From Actinomycetota bacterium (GTDB lineage Bacteria > Actinomycetota > UBA4738 > HRBIN12), in NCBI GenBank assembly GCA_046330185.1, contig JAXLTF010000013.1, positions 16,568 through 80,567 on the forward strand: DNA of 64,000 nt, given 5' to 3'. Shown piece by piece: positions 8,457 to 17,242 of this stretch (its first letter is position 1; the number at the start of each line of letters is the position of its first letter). The notes beneath the pieces are model-generated. The model was not told the DNA's origin, searched no databases, and worked only from the letters and a program-made list of their open reading frames with translations. Position numbers and translations under genes: made by a program.

Positions 8457-8944
8457 TCAGCCGGCTACGTAGTCGCCGGACTTGCCGCCGGACTTCGCGA
8501 GGAGCCTGAGCCCCTCGATCCTGGCCGCGCGGTCGAACTCCTTCGTGGTGTCGTAGAGGCTGAGCGCCGCCACGGCGGCGGCCGTCAGCGCCTCCATCTC
8601 GACGCCGGTGCGGTCGTTCGCACGCGGTCGTGCGCACCGTCACGGTGCCGGCGGATTCGTCCGGCTCGACCACCACTTCGGCGCCCGTGATCGCGATGGG
8701 GTGACAGAACGGCAGCAGGTCCGGCGTCCGCTTGACCCCCATGACGCCGGCGATGCAAGGCCGCCTCGAGGGGTCGCCCTTGCGGGTGCCGGCGACCAGG
8801 GCCGCCACGGCCTCGCGGGTCGTGTGGAGCACGCATGACGCGGTCGCCTCGCGGCGCGTGACGGCCTTCTCGCCGACCTCGACGATCCGCGCGGGCCGCG
8901 TGCCGTCTTCGGGGGCAACCGGCGCGGTCCGCGCCCACCCTCAA
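8457..8944 (-). pseudogene. moaC: cyclic pyranopterin monophosphate synthase MoaC, with at least 2 frameshifts (possibly sequencing indels)
   Basis: A TTG/GTG start follows a GGGGAGGA ribosome-binding site. 'EDGTRPARIVEVGEKAVTRREATASCVLHTTREAV...GVMGVKRTPDLLPFCHPIAITGAEVVVEP' is in one frame. The C-terminus '[54 protein letters not shown]' is in another, with the switch near 8625. The first ~10 codons are in a third frame. Confidence 0.8.
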
Positions 8945-9085
8945 TCCTCCCCCGAGCGGACACCATCACGCGGACCTCCGATCCGGCCACCGCCGTCTCG
9001 GTTCCCGGCGGGACGATCGCCAGGCCGTTCGCCCGGGCGACGGTCGAGATCAGGTTCGAACCGCAGCTCCCCGTCGGCGTCGCGG

Positions 9086-10201
9086 TCAGCGTCTCCCGCT
9101 CCGCTCTACGCGGACCCGGGCGTACTGCGCCTTGCCCTTGGGCCCGCTGACATCGGCCGTGAGCGTCGCGACGACCTCCGGCCGGAACAGCTCGGTGCGA
9201 CCGGCCATCTTCAGCACCGCCGGCCGCACGAACACCTCGAGCGACACGAACACCGAGACCGGGTTCCCGGGCAGCCCGAAGTACGGCTTGCCCTCGATCT
9301 GCCCGAACCCCTGCGGCATCCCGGGCTGCATCGCGACCTTGTAGAAGTCCACGTCGCCCCGGCGGAAGAACGCAGCCTTCACCACGTCGCGCTCGCCGAC
9401 CGATACCCCGCCCGAGCTCACGAACGCGTCGGCCTGGATCAGCTGCGACAGCACCGTTTCCTTGAGCGCGTCGACGTCGTCCCGGACGATCCCGGCCAGG
9501 ATCGGTATCGCGCCGGCCTCCTTCAGGGCGCCGAAGGTCATGTACGCGTTCGAGTCGCGCACCTGGCCGAACGCCGGCTCCTCGGTGGGCGGGATCAGCT
9601 CGTCCCCCGTCGAGAGCACGATCACACGGGGCCGCGGGTGCACCAGCGGGCTCGAGAAGCCGGCGTTCGCCAGCAGGCCGAGCTCCGGCGGCCCAAGACG
9701 ACGGCCGGCCGCCACCAGGACGGCGCCCTCCTTGACGTCCTCGCCCGCCGGCCGGACGTGGCGCCCGCTCGTCGGCGCCTCGAAGATCTGCACGGTCTCG
9801 CCCTGCGGCCGCGCGTTCTCGATCGGCACGATCGCGTCGGCGCCCGCCGGGATGGGCGCGCCGGTGGCGATCCGGATCGCCTCACCGCCTCCGACCGTGC
9901 CCTCCGGGCGCTTGCCGATCATCGCCCGCCCGACGATCTTGAGCTCGACCGGAGACGCCGGCGAGGCGCCCGCCGTGTCGGAGACGCGCACCGCGAACCC
10001 GTCCATCGCCGAGGAGGCGAACGCCGGCAGGTCGCCGCGCGCCACGACGTCCTCGGCGGCGACGCAGCCGTGCGCCTCGGTCAGGGGCAGCTGAAGCGGC
10101 GCCAGCGGGTGCACTGCCGCGAGCACGTTCGCCTGCGCCTCGGCCACGGGGACCAGCGCCTCGCCCGAGTCGTGGTCGTGGACGCGCGGTCGGTCGGCCA
10201 T
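9086..10201 (-). CDS. moeA: molybdopterin molybdenumtransferase MoeA; the last ~45 aa are displaced into another frame by a 1-nt indel
   Basis: 'LPAFASSAMDGFAV', 'IATGAPIPAGADAIVPIE' and 'VSSGGVSVGERDVVK' are MoeA hallmarks. After ...ERSG the true C-terminal domain ('ETLTATPTGSCGSNLISTVARANGLAIVPPGTETAVAGSEVRVMV') reads on to ~8955 if the GGG run at 9095-9097 is GGGG. Confidence 0.8.
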   Translation of the reverse strand: MADRPRVHDHDSGEALVPVAEAQANVLAAVHPLAPLQLPLTEAHGCVAAEDVVARGDLPAFASSAMDGFAVRVSDTAGASPASPVELKIVGRAMIGKRPEGTVGGGEAIRIATGAPIPAGADAIVPIENARPQGETVQIFEAPTSGRHVRPAGEDVKEGAVLVAAGRRLGPPELGLLANAGFSSPLVHPRPRVIVLSTGDELIPPTEEPAFGQVRDSNAYMTFGALKEAGAIPILAGIVRDDVDALKETVLSQLIQADAFVSSGGVSVGERDVVKAAFFRRGDVDFYKVAMQPGMPQGFGQIEGKPYFGLPGNPVSVFVSLEVFVRPAVLKMAGRTELFRPEVVATLTADVSGPKGKAQYARVRVERSGRR

Positions 10202-10289
10202 CCCGGCAGTCTAGCCACCGATCCCCGGCAGGCGATCGACGGCCGGTCCTCGCGATCCGGTCGGGACGCGATCGGCCCCCCCCGGGTCG

Positions 10290-11168
10290 CTAGACGAGCC
10301 TCTCGCGCCGCGCCAGCTCGCCCAGCCAGTCGCGGAACCCCGGGCCGACGTCGTCGCGCTCGATCGCGAACTCCACCGTGGCCTTCAGGTAGTCGAGCTT
10401 GTTGCCCACGTCGTAGCGCCCGCGGTCGAACCGGTACGCGAACACCGCCTGATCGCGCGCGAGCAGGTTGATCGCGTCCGTCAGCTGGATCTCGCCGCCG
10501 CGGCCCGGCTCCGTGTGCCGGAGCGCCTCGAAGATGTCCGGGGCCAGCAGGTATCGACCGATCACGGCGAGGTTCGACGGCGCCTCGTCCGGCGACGGCT
10601 TCTCCACGATCGACACCGCGCGAGCGAGCGTCTCGTCGACGAACTCGGCCTCGATGCAGCCGTAGAACGCGATGTCCTCGCTAGGAACCTCCATCACGGC
10701 GATCACGCTCCGGCCGTAGCGCTCGTACACGCGGAGCATCTCCTCCAGCAGCGGCATCGAAGGGTGGATGATGTCGTCGCCCAGGAGCACCGCGAAGGGC
10801 TGACCGTCCACGTGCGGCTCGGCGACCGACACCGCGTGTCCCAGGCCGAGCGGATCCCCCTGGCGGATGTAGTGGATCGCGGCGAAGCCGGCGATGGCCT
10901 CGACCATCTTCAGGTCGTCGAAGCTGCCCTTGGCCTCCAGGAAGCGCTCGAGCTCGACCGAGCGGTCGAAATGATCCTCGATCGAGCGCTTGCCGCGGCC
11001 GGTCACGATCAGGATGTCGTCGAGCCCTGCGCGGGCCGCCTCCTCCACGACGTACTGGATGGCCGGCGTGTCGACGACCGGCAGCATCTCCTTCGGCTGG
11101 GCCTTGGTGGCCGGCAGGAACCGCGTGCCGAGCCCCGCCGCCGGGATCACGGCCTTGGTGACCCTCAT
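10290..11168 (-). CDS. galU: UTP--glucose-1-phosphate uridylyltransferase
   Basis: 'MRVTKAVIPAAGLGTRFLPATKAQPKEMLPVVDTPAIQYVVEEA' and 'VGNKLDYLKATVEFA' are classical GalU. The track ORF extends upstream, but the ATG at 11168 gives the canonical 292-aa protein. Confidence 0.9.
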   Translation of the reverse strand: MRVTKAVIPAAGLGTRFLPATKAQPKEMLPVVDTPAIQYVVEEAARAGLDDILIVTGRGKRSIEDHFDRSVELERFLEAKGSFDDLKMVEAIAGFAAIHYIRQGDPLGLGHAVSVAEPHVDGQPFAVLLGDDIIHPSMPLLEEMLRVYERYGRSVIAVMEVPSEDIAFYGCIEAEFVDETLARAVSIVEKPSPDEAPSNLAVIGRYLLAPDIFEALRHTEPGRGGEIQLTDAINLLARDQAVFAYRFDRGRYDVGNKLDYLKATVEFAIERDDVGPGFRDWLGELARRERLV

Positions 11169-11366
11169 GGGGAAGTCCTCCTCTGCCTCGGGAGGAAGTG
11201 TATGCCGTCGGTCCAGACCCATCTCGCGCGCCTCCGGTGGGAGCGGGGCGGGGGAAGCCCACCGGAGCGACCGTACCCGAGCGCCGGAGGTAGACACATC
11301 GGCCGTCGGGCCAGAGGTTGGTCCTAGGCCGGTCGCGGCGGCCTGCCCTCGTACACTGCTCGCGCG

Positions 11367-11774
11367 ATGCCCACCTACGAGTACGTGTGCAAGGCGTGCG
11401 GTCACCGCTTCGAGATCTGGCAGTCGATGAGCGACGACCCGCTCACGATCTGCCGGGAGTGCGGCGGCGAGCTCCGCAAGGTGTTCGCGCCACCTGCGAT
11501 CACCTTCAAGGGATCGGGCTTCTACGCGACCGACCACGGGAAGAAGGCGAAGACGGGCGAGGGCGCGGCGCCCAAGAAGGAGACGGCCTCGACGTCCTCC
11601 AAGGGCTCGGACGGCTCCGAAGGCTCGGGCTCGGGATCCTCCGACTCGGGTGGCTCGGGGGGCTCAGGCGGCTCGGGGGGCTCAGGCGGCTCGGGATCCG
11701 GGTCCTCGGGCTCGAGGGGCTCGGGGTCCTCCGGCTCCACCACCGACGCGTCGGCCAAGGGGTCCTCGTCGTGA
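11367..11774 (+). CDS. FmdB-family zinc-ribbon protein with a disordered Gly/Ser-rich tail (Ruc/Rv0991c-like)
   Basis: 'MPTYEYVCKACGHRFEIWQSMSDDPLTICRECGG' (CxxC...CxxC) is followed by ~75 aa of G/S-rich low-complexity sequence. Confidence 0.75.
   Translation: MPTYEYVCKACGHRFEIWQSMSDDPLTICRECGGELRKVFAPPAITFKGSGFYATDHGKKAKTGEGAAPKKETASTSSKGSDGSEGSGSGSSDSGGSGGSGGSGGSGGSGSGSSGSRGSGSSGSTTDASAKGSSS
11652..11696 (+). repeat. 18-bp tandem repeat (2.5 units) encoding (GSGGSG)n in the zinc-ribbon protein tail
   Basis: Read directly: ggctcgggg ggctcaggc / ggctcgggg ggctcaggc / ggctcggga. Confidence 0.85.
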
Positions 11775-12565
11775 CCGCGTCGGCCGAGATCGGGGTCTTC
11801 GGCGGCTCCGGGTTCCACGGGCTCCTCGACGACGTCGAGGAGGTCACCGTGGATACACCGTACGGCCCGACGTCGGCGCCGATCTCGATCGGCGAGGTCG
11901 GCGGCCGGCGGGTCGCGTTCCTGCCGCGCCACGGATCGAACCACGAGTTCCCGCCGCACCGGATCCCGTACCGGGCGAACGTCTGGGCCATGAAGGAGCT
12001 GGGGGTCGGCCGGATCCTGGGGCCGAACGCGTGCGGGTCGCTCCAACCGGACGTGAGGCCCGGTGAGTTCGTCGTCTGCGACCAGATGGTCGATCGCACG
12101 CGCGACCGGCCCAACACGTTCTACGACGGCCCGGTCACCACGCACGTCTCGTTCGCCGACCCGTACTGCCCGGTGATGCGCGAGACCACGATCGCGGCGG
12201 GGCGTCAGCAGGGGATCCCGCTGCACGAGCGCGGCACCGTGGTCGTGATCGAGGGACCTCGCTTCTCCACGCGCGCCGAGTCGGCGTGGTTCGCCTCGGC
12301 CGGGTGGGAGGTCATCAACATGACGCAGTACCCCGAGTGCGTGCTCGCGCGGGAGCTGGAGCTCTGCTACGCGAACATCTCGCTGATCACGGACTACGAC
12401 GTCGGGGTCGAGGGCGTGCCCCCCGTCTCCAACGACGAGGTGATCCGGGTCTTCGCCGAGAACAACGAGCGGCTCCGCGGCCTGCTGTTCGCAACGATCC
12501 CCGCCCTGCCGGTCGAGCGCGACTGCGTCTGCGCCACCGCGCTCGACGGCGCCAGCTTCGGCTGA
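11771..12565 (+). CDS. mtnP: S-methyl-5'-thioadenosine phosphorylase
   Basis: 'IGVFGGSGF...VDTPYGPTSAPISIGEVGGRRVAFLPRHG..H..PPHRIPYRANVWAMKELGV' and 'NMTQYPECVLARELELCYANISLITDYD' match MTAP. The GTG start overlaps the upstream stop (GTGA). Confidence 0.9.
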   Translation: MTASAEIGVFGGSGFHGLLDDVEEVTVDTPYGPTSAPISIGEVGGRRVAFLPRHGSNHEFPPHRIPYRANVWAMKELGVGRILGPNACGSLQPDVRPGEFVVCDQMVDRTRDRPNTFYDGPVTTHVSFADPYCPVMRETTIAAGRQQGIPLHERGTVVVIEGPRFSTRAESAWFASAGWEVINMTQYPECVLARELELCYANISLITDYDVGVEGVPPVSNDEVIRVFAENNERLRGLLFATIPALPVERDCVCATALDGASFG

Positions 12566-12618
12566 GGGCCGCGGGGCGGCACGGCCGCACGGCGCGGGGG
12601 CCGCCGTATCCTGCCGAC

Positions 12619-12807
12619 ATGACCAACCCGAAGCAGCTCGTGACCGTGGAGCTCCGCTTCGTCAGCGTGGACGACGCCGAGCAGATGGGCGACCGGATCC
12701 GCGAGTCCGTCGCTCAGATCGTCGGCAGGGATGCCCTGGAGGAGTTCCGGATCCGGACGATGCTCCTCGAACCCAAGAAGAGGGGCGCGCTCCGTCCCGT
12801 CGACTGA
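12619..12807 (+). CDS. hypothetical small protein (62 aa)
   Basis: An ATG-initiated ORF with balanced, non-GC-artefact composition ('MTNPKQLVTVELRFVSVDDAEQMGDRIRESVAQIVGRDALEEFRIRTMLLEP'). There is no clear ribosome-binding site and I recognise no family. Confidence 0.35.
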   Translation: MTNPKQLVTVELRFVSVDDAEQMGDRIRESVAQIVGRDALEEFRIRTMLLEPKKRGALRPVD

Positions 12808-12880
12808 CGGCCTCTGGATCCCGCCCCGCGCTGTGAGCGCCGTCACGGTGGCGCGCGGCCGGCTCGCCTAGGGTCGCCGC

Positions 12881-13567
12881 ATGTTCCGGAGGCGGTGGCC
12901 CGCGAGCGCCAAGCTCCTGATGGCTACGGGCGTGCTCCTGGGGACGCTGGCGTTCGTCGGCATGCGCGGGTACGCGGCCGACCTCGAGGCGACCCGCCCG
13001 GTCGTCGGACCGCTCGTCCCCGTCGTGGTGGCCGCCCGGGACCTGGAGCGTGGCACGACGCTCGACGCCTCGATGATCGAGTTGGAAGAGGTCCCCGCCG
13101 CCTACGCGCCGCCGGGGGCGCTTGAGACCCCCTCGGACGCCGAGGGACGCGTCCTCGCCGGCGGCGTGGCCGCGGGCGAGGCGCTGACGGCCAGCCGGAT
13201 GGGCGCGCCGTCCTCGGGCCCGATCGCGGCGGTCGTGCCACCGGGGTTGCGCGCCGTCGTCGTCCCCGCGGGACTGCCGGCGGGGATCGTGCGCGCCGGC
13301 GACCGGGTGGATCTGCTCGCGACGTTCGGCGGCGGCCGTCCCTACACCCAGACCGTGGTCACCGCCGCGGAGGTCCTTCGGGTGCTCGGACCGACGGACA
13401 CGGTCGCCGGCGTCGCCACGGGCGGCGGCGCGCAGCTCGTGCTGCTGGTCGGGCCCGAGGACGCCGAACGGATCGCCTACGCCAAGACGTTCGCGCAGCT
13501 CGAGGTGGCCATCGCTCCCGCGCCGGAGATCGCGACGACCCCTCCGGAGGGAACGGCCTCCCCTTAG
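12881..13567 (+). CDS. CpaB/RcpC-like SAF-domain protein (Flp-pilus assembly family), found alone
   Basis: An N-terminal TM segment ('LLMATGVLLGTLAFVG') is followed by 'VPVVVAARDLERGTTLDASMIELEEVP', a SAF-type motif, and a beta-clip-like C-terminal half. No other tad/cpa genes are nearby. Confidence 0.55.
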   Translation: MFRRRWPASAKLLMATGVLLGTLAFVGMRGYAADLEATRPVVGPLVPVVVAARDLERGTTLDASMIELEEVPAAYAPPGALETPSDAEGRVLAGGVAAGEALTASRMGAPSSGPIAAVVPPGLRAVVVPAGLPAGIVRAGDRVDLLATFGGGRPYTQTVVTAAEVLRVLGPTDTVAGVATGGGAQLVLLVGPEDAERIAYAKTFAQLEVAIAPAPEIATTPPEGTASP

Positions 13568-13618
13568 CGATGTGGACGGCGGCTAGGATGCGGCGGTCCC
13601 CGACCGGAAGGGCCGCCC

Positions 13619-14458
13619 GTGACCGTCCTGCAGGCCATCATCCTGGGCCTCGTCCAGGGCGCCACCGAGTACGCGCCGGTCTCGAGCTCCGGTCACCTGA
13701 TCCTCGTCCCGTGGATCTTCGGCTGGTCGATCCTCGGGGACCCCGAGCTGAACAAGACGTTCGACGTCGCCCTGCACATGGGGACGCTGCTGGGCGCGGT
13801 GATCTACTTCCGGCGCGACATCGTCGCGTACGCGCGGGCGTGGTTCGGCTCGATCCGCCGGCGAACGATCGCGACGACCGACGAGCGCCTCGCCTGGGCG
13901 ATCGTGATCGGGACGATCCCCGGCGTGATCGTCGGGGCGCTGTTCGCCGACACGATCGAGCGCGATCTGGGCCAGCCGTGGCTGATCGCGACGATGCTCG
14001 CCGTGTTCGGGGTGGTGCTGTACCTGGTCGACCGCGTGTGCCGGTCCGACCGGGGGCTCGACTCGATCGGACCGCGGACCGGGCTCGCGCTCGGGTCGGC
14101 ACAGGCGATGGCGCTGCAGCCCGGCATCTCGCGCTCGGGGATCACGATGACCGCCGCCCGCTTGATCGGCATCGACCGGGAGAGCGCCGCACGGTTCTCG
14201 TTCCTGCTGTCGCTGCCGATCATCGCGGGGGCGGGGTTGTTCAAGGGGCTCGATCTGGTGCAGGACGGCTTCGGCGGCTACGCGAGCGAGTTCTTCTGGG
14301 GCTCCGTGTCCTCGGCCGTGAGCGGCTTCGTGGTGATCGCGTGGCTCCTCAGGTACCTGCGGGGCCACAGCTTCGCGCTGTTCATGTGGTACCGCCTGGC
14401 CGTCGCCGCGCTCTGCTTCGCGCTCATCGCGACGGGCACGCGTCCGGGAACGATCTGA
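13619..14458 (+). CDS. uppP: undecaprenyl-diphosphate phosphatase
   Basis: 'ILGLVQGATEYAPVSSSGHLILVP' and 'GISRSGITMTAA' are the BacA/UppP signature motifs. There are 8 predicted hydrophobic segments. Confidence 0.9.
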   Translation: MTVLQAIILGLVQGATEYAPVSSSGHLILVPWIFGWSILGDPELNKTFDVALHMGTLLGAVIYFRRDIVAYARAWFGSIRRRTIATTDERLAWAIVIGTIPGVIVGALFADTIERDLGQPWLIATMLAVFGVVLYLVDRVCRSDRGLDSIGPRTGLALGSAQAMALQPGISRSGITMTAARLIGIDRESAARFSFLLSLPIIAGAGLFKGLDLVQDGFGGYASEFFWGSVSSAVSGFVVIAWLLRYLRGHSFALFMWYRLAVAALCFALIATGTRPGTI

Positions 14459-14500
14459 CGGTGTGCCGGACGGCCGACCGCCAGGAGCTAGAGCTAGAGG

Positions 14501-15853
14501 CTAGAGGCCGGCGAGGGTCATCTCGCCGATCAGGATCGACGGCGTCCCCACCGACGAGAAGAATCGGAGGTCGTCGCCGATACCCGTGATGCCCGCGAGC
14601 ATCTCGGGAAGTGTCGACGCCACGGTCATCTCCCGCAGCGGCTCACCGAGCGCCCCACCGGTGATCCGCAGGCCGGTCGCGCCGACCGAGAACTCGCCGC
14701 TGATCGGGTTCGCGCCCGAGTGGACGCCGCTCACGTCCTGGATAAGCACGCCGCCCTCCGCGGCCGCCAGCAGCTCGGAGACCGGCGACGTCCCCTGCTC
14801 GACGAAGAAGTTCGACGTGCCGACCCCGGGCGCGGACCGGTAGCCGGCGCGTTTCGCGTTCCCGGTCGAGCGCTGACCCCCGCCGGCACGGTGCGCCGTG
14901 TACGTGTCGTGGAGGAACCCGTTCAGCGTGCCGGCCGTGAAGAGCTCCGTTCGCCCCGAGGGGACGCCCTCGTCGTCGAAGGGCCGCGCCGCCGGCCCAG
15001 CCGCGACCCGCCCGTCGTCAACGAGCGTGAACAACCGCGAGCCGATCGTCTGACCGACCATCGTCGCGAACAGCGACCGGCCCTTCTGCACCGCCTCGGC
15101 CGAGAGCGCGCCGGCGAGCACCCCCAGGAACGACATCGCCGCGAACGGATCGAGCAGGACCGGGACCCGCGCCGAGGCGGGCTTCTCGGCGCCCAGCAGC
15201 CGGACCGCGCGATCCACGGACTCGGTCGCGACCGCCTCCCAGCCCACATCGTCGACCCCGCGGGCGATCGTGAAGGAGAACCCGGTCTGCGTGTCGTCGC
15301 CCTCGTTCGCGATCGCGACGCATACGCACCACGCATCCGTGCGCTGGTACTCGGCGGCCACCCCGGCCGTGGACGCGATCGCCGCGCGCGACACGGCATC
15401 GCCGATCTGCGCCATGTCGACCTTCGTCGCGCGGGGATCGATCGAGATCGCCCGCCGCTCCAGGTCGAGCGCGAGCGCGACCTTCCGGTCCGCGGGGATC
15501 GCGGCCTGGCCGGCGCTGAACAGCTCGGGCATCGGCTCGGCCGGCTCGAACGCGGGCAGGACGTTGTGCTCGTCGGGCTCGGCCAGCGCGGCGTTCTCCC
15601 TTGCCCGGCCGACGGCGCCCCGGACCTCCTCCGCGGTCGGGTCCGCCGACCACGCGTAGCCGAGGCGTCCCTCGGAGATCAGGCGGATCCCCACACCGCG
15701 CGACCCGGCGAACGTCAGGCCCTCGACCTCGCCCCGGAGCGCGCTCGCCTCGGTGTGGCGGGTCTCCTCCGCGTAGGCCTCCACGGCCTCGTCGCCGCGG
15801 GCGGCGTCGACCGCCGCGCGGCAGAGATCGGACAGGTCGACGGGATCAGGCAC
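14501..15853 (-). CDS. pmbA: TldD/PmbA-family metalloprotease subunit (PmbA/TldE-like)
   Basis: A 450-aa ORF with the family C-terminal pattern ('GGVLIQDVSGVHSGANPISGEFSVGATGLRITGG'). It overlaps tldD by 8 nt. Confidence 0.8.
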   Translation of the reverse strand: MPDPVDLSDLCRAAVDAARGDEAVEAYAEETRHTEASALRGEVEGLTFAGSRGVGIRLISEGRLGYAWSADPTAEEVRGAVGRARENAALAEPDEHNVLPAFEPAEPMPELFSAGQAAIPADRKVALALDLERRAISIDPRATKVDMAQIGDAVSRAAIASTAGVAAEYQRTDAWCVCVAIANEGDDTQTGFSFTIARGVDDVGWEAVATESVDRAVRLLGAEKPASARVPVLLDPFAAMSFLGVLAGALSAEAVQKGRSLFATMVGQTIGSRLFTLVDDGRVAAGPAARPFDDEGVPSGRTELFTAGTLNGFLHDTYTAHRAGGGQRSTGNAKRAGYRSAPGVGTSNFFVEQGTSPVSELLAAAEGGVLIQDVSGVHSGANPISGEFSVGATGLRITGGALGEPLREMTVASTLPEMLAGITGIGDDLRFFSSVGTPSILIGEMTLAGL

Positions 15854-17234
15854 CCGTGCCCCCCACCGTGAGCCGCGAGATCCGCAGCGTCGGCGAGCCG
15901 CTCCCCACCGGGGCCGACTGGCCGTCCTTGCCGCAGACGCCCTCCCACGTGTCGAAATCGTTCGCCACCGCGTCGACCGCGCTCATCGTGTCGATCGCGC
16001 GACCGATCAGGTTCGCGCCGCGGATCGGCGCGCCGACCTGGCCGCGGTCGAGCAGGAACCCCTCCGCGATCCCGAAGACGAAGTCGCCGGTCGCGGGGTT
16101 CACCTGGCCACCCCCGAGCGAGGTCACGTACACGCCGTGCTCGGTCGACGACAGCACATCGCCGGGGTCCGACGCGCCGTCCAGGATGTAGGTGTTCGTC
16201 ATCCGTGGGATCGGGGGGTGCGCGTACGACTGACGCCGCCCGTTGCCGGTGGGCGGGGCGCCCTCCTTCTCCGCGCGCAGCCGGTCGTAGAGCCATCCCT
16301 GGAGCACGCCTCCGCTGAACAGCACGGTGCGCTGCGACGGGGTGCCTTCGTCGTCGAACGAGAACGACCCCCAGCCGTTCGCGATCGTCGCGTCGTCGAC
16401 GCCGTCGATCAGCTCCGACGAGCAGCGTTCGCCGACCAGGCCCCGGTAGACGCTGACCTCCTTGTCCACCGCGTCGGACTCGAGCGGGTGCCCCACCGCC
16501 TCGTGGAACAGGACCCCGCCCATCCCGGGCGCGAGCACGACCGTCATCTCCCCCGCGGGCGCCGCCACCGAGTCGAGCATCGTGACCGCGCGTCGGGCCG
16601 CGACGCCGGCCACCTCCGCGGGCGGATGCCGGTCGATGAACTCGACGCCGCTGCACGCCGCAGGTCCGTGGAAGCCCGTCTGGATGTTCCCGTCGCGCGC
16701 CGCCACGACCTGCGCCACCAGCCGGATCCGCGGCCGCTCCTCCTCGATCCACGTCCCGTCCGAGGTCGCGATCAGCTTGCGCTGGAGGGAATCACCGTAG
16801 ACGCCGATCACCTGCACGACCTCCGGGCTGCGGGAGCGGGCAACGTCGTCCACCTCGCGCAGCCAGCCGACCTTGTCCGCGGCGGGGACCAGGTCCGCCG
16901 GCCGCTCGACCCGGTTGACCGGCGCGCCGCTCCGCTCCGTGAGGTCGACCACGCTCCCGGGGACGTCGCCGTCGGCCAACGCGGCGGCCGCGGCCTCCGC
17001 GGCGCCCAGCAGGGCGTCGCGGTCGAGCCGGTTCGAGTACGCGTACCCGTACGACGTCCCCCGGCAGACCCGCACGCCCGCCCCCCGGTCGTGCCCCGTG
17101 GTGAGCTCCTCGACCTTGCCGTCGTCGAGGCGGATCGAGGTCGTGGAGGTGTCCTCGACGAACAGCTCCGCGAACGACCCGCCCCGGCGTCGAGCGATGC
17201 GGAGGACCTCGCCGGCCAGCTCGCGGTCCACCAT
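15846..17234 (-). CDS. tldD: TldD-family metalloprotease
   Basis: The 462-aa ORF contains 'GGVLFHEAVGHPLESD' (an HExxxH-type TldD zinc site) and 'VYVTSLGGGQVNPATGDFVFGIAEGFL'. Confidence 0.85.
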   Translation of the reverse strand: MVDRELAGEVLRIARRRGGSFAELFVEDTSTTSIRLDDGKVEELTTGHDRGAGVRVCRGTSYGYAYSNRLDRDALLGAAEAAAAALADGDVPGSVVDLTERSGAPVNRVERPADLVPAADKVGWLREVDDVARSRSPEVVQVIGVYGDSLQRKLIATSDGTWIEEERPRIRLVAQVVAARDGNIQTGFHGPAACSGVEFIDRHPPAEVAGVAARRAVTMLDSVAAPAGEMTVVLAPGMGGVLFHEAVGHPLESDAVDKEVSVYRGLVGERCSSELIDGVDDATIANGWGSFSFDDEGTPSQRTVLFSGGVLQGWLYDRLRAEKEGAPPTGNGRRQSYAHPPIPRMTNTYILDGASDPGDVLSSTEHGVYVTSLGGGQVNPATGDFVFGIAEGFLLDRGQVGAPIRGANLIGRAIDTMSAVDAVANDFDTWEGVCGKDGQSAPVGSGSPTLRISRLTVGGTGA

Positions 17235-17242
17235 GGACGGCG

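Noticed and set aside
9086-10201. The galU-adjacent MoeA was considered as the actinobacterial gephyrin-like divisome protein (Glp) rather than a Moco enzyme, with the membrane protein at 2812-3410 as its receptor.
   Set aside because: moeA is immediately followed by moaC with its own strong ribosome-binding site, which is a Moco-biosynthesis context. The membrane protein is 6 kb away. I cannot distinguish paralogues from sequence alone.
12881-13567. The CpaB-like gene was considered as a marker of a Tad/Flp pilus locus.
   Set aside because: No CpaA/C/E/F, TadB/C or pilin genes lie within the flanking 10 kb. It is better treated as an isolated SAF-domain envelope protein.
14459-14500. The 'agctagagctagaggctagagg' low-complexity stretch between uppP and pmbA was considered as a repeat element.
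   Set aside because: It is about 22 nt long and imperfect, sits in a 42-nt convergent intergenic gap, and shows no convincing hairpin or recurrence elsewhere in the window.
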